Shown piece after piece: positions 62,034 through 64,000 of a DNA stretch of 64,000 nucleotides. The DNA lies in assembly GCA_043228905.1 (NCBI GenBank), contig JBHGNT010000006.1, positions 10,602,001-10,666,000 on the forward strand, given 5' to 3'. Positions within the stretch are counted from its first letter, which is position 1. Each line of letters opens with the position of its first letter. The notes beneath the pieces were generated by a model. That model was not told where the DNA came from. It searched no databases and saw only the letters and a program-made list of their open reading frames with translations. This DNA comes from Azolla caroliniana (taxonomy: Eukaryota; Plantae; Polypodiophyta). Position numbers and translations under genes: made by a program.

Positions 62034-63251
62034 ATGGATAACATGTTTGTAGCTCAAGATTACTCCTTCGATGACCAGCATCAGCTCACTCACTTCAAGT
62101 ATGACCTCGCCGCTCACGTGCTTGCCAACTTGAGCCAAACCTTGCACGAGCTGCAGATGCACGACGCCGCGATCGCTTGCTCGTTCCAATGGAGGAATCA
62201 CGCCGAGTGCGAGAAGCTGAAGATATTGAGTAGGGAATGGATCCGGGCCCACTATGGCGGTGGCATCACCAAATTTAGCTGCGACAAGTTGATAGGCTCG
62301 GATTTCCATTTGCTGGCCACCATGGCGATGGCGGGCGGGCGGAGCGAGCGCATGCCCGCAGCCGTGAAGCTCATGGTGTGGTTCTTCGTGTTCGACAACT
62401 TCATGGACGAGCCGGCGCTCATGGGAGCCGACACGGGGACCTCCCAGGAGATGGTGGATGCCGTCACCAGTGTGTTCCAGATGGGCAACAAGCCGAGAAT
62501 CGTCGTCGCCGTTGGTGGTGGTGGCAATTATAGTGATTACGATGGCGCTATCCGAGAAATCCGAGAGTCGGCGCGTGATTGGTGGGATGAGATGCGTCAG
62601 CTGGGGATGTCGGCCAGGCAGCAACATCGGCTTGTTTCTGTGTTCAAACAGTACCTGGACGCCAACACGGAGCAAGCGGCATTCCGGCAGAGCTGCCACA
62701 TCCCTGACTTGGACACCTACAAGAAGCTACGCATCAAAACCAGCGGGTGGTATGTGTGTAGTGTGATACTCGAGTTCGCATTGGGATTGGATCTTCCCGA
62801 CGAGATCATAGAGCACCCATTGCTGTCCGCGCTCCGGGTGGCCACTGCCTCCCACATAATGTTCGTCAACGACATATTCTCGTTCCGTAAGGAGCTCTCC
62901 GACGGCGACCTCATGAACCTTGTGCCGGTCCTCCTTTGGCACAACCTAGGTGGTGGCCGCGGCTGTGGAGCTGTGGAGCCGTTGGCGCAAGAGACGGTGT
63001 CGCAAGCATTGGGGTTGGTGCGGGAGCTGGATGAGGAGTGCGTGCGGTTGATGGCGAAAATACGAGCCGAGGTCCGTGGCAGCAATGGGGAAGGTGGAAT
63101 GTTGGCTGATGAGGAAGCCGCGACGGCGGTGGAGAGGTACTTGGATGGAGTTTCAGACTGGCTGTCGGGGAATCTACGATGGCACCGCATCACCAAGCGT
63201 TATGTCTACAAGAACAACCACCACCACCCTTCCATATCCATAGGAATTTAA
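62034..63251 (+). CDS. Microbial terpene synthase-like (MTPSL) class I terpene cyclase, intronless, 405 aa
   Basis: Asp-rich motif FFVFDNFMDE, sensor Arg (LRIKTSG), NSE motif NDIFSFRKE and C-terminal WHRITKRY (WxxxxxRY). Single alpha domain. ATG at 62034, with TATA-like atataaa at ~61921. Confidence 0.93.
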   Translation: MDNMFVAQDYSFDDQHQLTHFKYDLAAHVLANLSQTLHELQMHDAAIACSFQWRNHAECEKLKILSREWIRAHYGGGITKFSCDKLIGSDFHLLATMAMAGGRSERMPAAVKLMVWFFVFDNFMDEPALMGADTGTSQEMVDAVTSVFQMGNKPRIVVAVGGGGNYSDYDGAIREIRESARDWWDEMRQLGMSARQQHRLVSVFKQYLDANTEQAAFRQSCHIPDLDTYKKLRIKTSGWYVCSVILEFALGLDLPDEIIEHPLLSALRVATASHIMFVNDIFSFRKELSDGDLMNLVPVLLWHNLGGGRGCGAVEPLAQETVSQALGLVRELDEECVRLMAKIRAEVRGSNGEGGMLADEEAATAVERYLDGVSDWLSGNLRWHRITKRYVYKNNHHHPSISIGI

Positions 63252-64000
63252 TGGCAAGTATTTTTGCTTCTTACTATAGATAAAAGTAGACAAGAATTTA
63301 TGTTAGAAGCAATAATAACACACAATAAAGAGAGAAGGAGAAAGAGACAAGGTTCCGAAAATAAAACTTTATGTATTTCATTTCGCTAAGATGACACTTT
63401 TATATAGCACATGGCAAAACCGTTGTGTCATGTGTTTAGCAAGGTGTATTTTATCACATTTGTTGAGGATCAAAGCACAATATTATGTATATCGAAAGGT
63501 GGCATAATATAGGGATTTGAACCTTATACCTCAACTTTATAGACTATAGTACTTATAATTAGGATATATATCATTTACCAATCTATGATAAACCTATTAG
63601 CATGGAATGCATAAGATGTTATGCATATATGAAACCATGTGGACCATGCTCACATGCTTCATCTTATGTAAAGGGGGCTTACCCCCACCCAGGGTTCACT
63701 ATATAATAAATAATTCATTTTTCTAGGTTTGTCACATGGTATTAGACCAATAACCAACCCTTTGTCTTTGCCAAAGCTTCTCCCATCATCTCTTCCATTA
63801 CTTCTCCATAGTGCATCACTTCTTCATACTAGCAAATGAGCCATGAAAATATAATGTTTAGCAAAGAAATAAGATCAGGTTAGGCAAATAACAATAACAT
63901 AATGTCATGATGTAAACATATAATTGGTAAACATTAATCGATATCATGATCTCATGTTATTACCCCTATAGTTGTATGACATGAGGTTCAAGATCAGGTA

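Noticed and set aside
62022-63196. Minus-strand ORFs overlapping the terpene synthase, and bacterial contamination as the gene's source
   Set aside because: The antisense ORFs reflect GC3 bias; the gene is embedded in, and duplicated with, plant transposon sequence
63570-63760. LTR end plus degenerate PBS (cacatggtattagacc)
   Set aside because: Too short and degenerate to delimit an element

Overview
This window looks like non-seed land plant nuclear DNA, probably a fern (inferred from the intronless microbial-type terpene synthase gene and the retroelement types). Most of it is nested, decayed LTR retrotransposons: several Ty1/copia families, non-chromovirus Ty3/gypsy elements, a gag-only non-autonomous element and solo LTRs. 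There is also one 5'-truncated LINE and a hAT-like MITE. Two apparently intact host genes are present: a secreted DUF538-like protein (43634-44083, -) and a microbial terpene synthase-like (MTPSL) gene (62034-63251, +), which has a truncated tandem pseudocopy upstream. The most unusual signal is in four Ty3/gypsy-type elements, most with unrelated LTR sequences. Each carries, exactly where the polypurine tract should be, a length-invariant 40-nt tRNA(Arg)-like 3' half: a T-arm, a covarying hairpin inserted in the T-loop, and an acceptor strand ending in CCA. In the one complete element this motif is complementary to the element's own PBS. All of this was read by eye; no searches were run.
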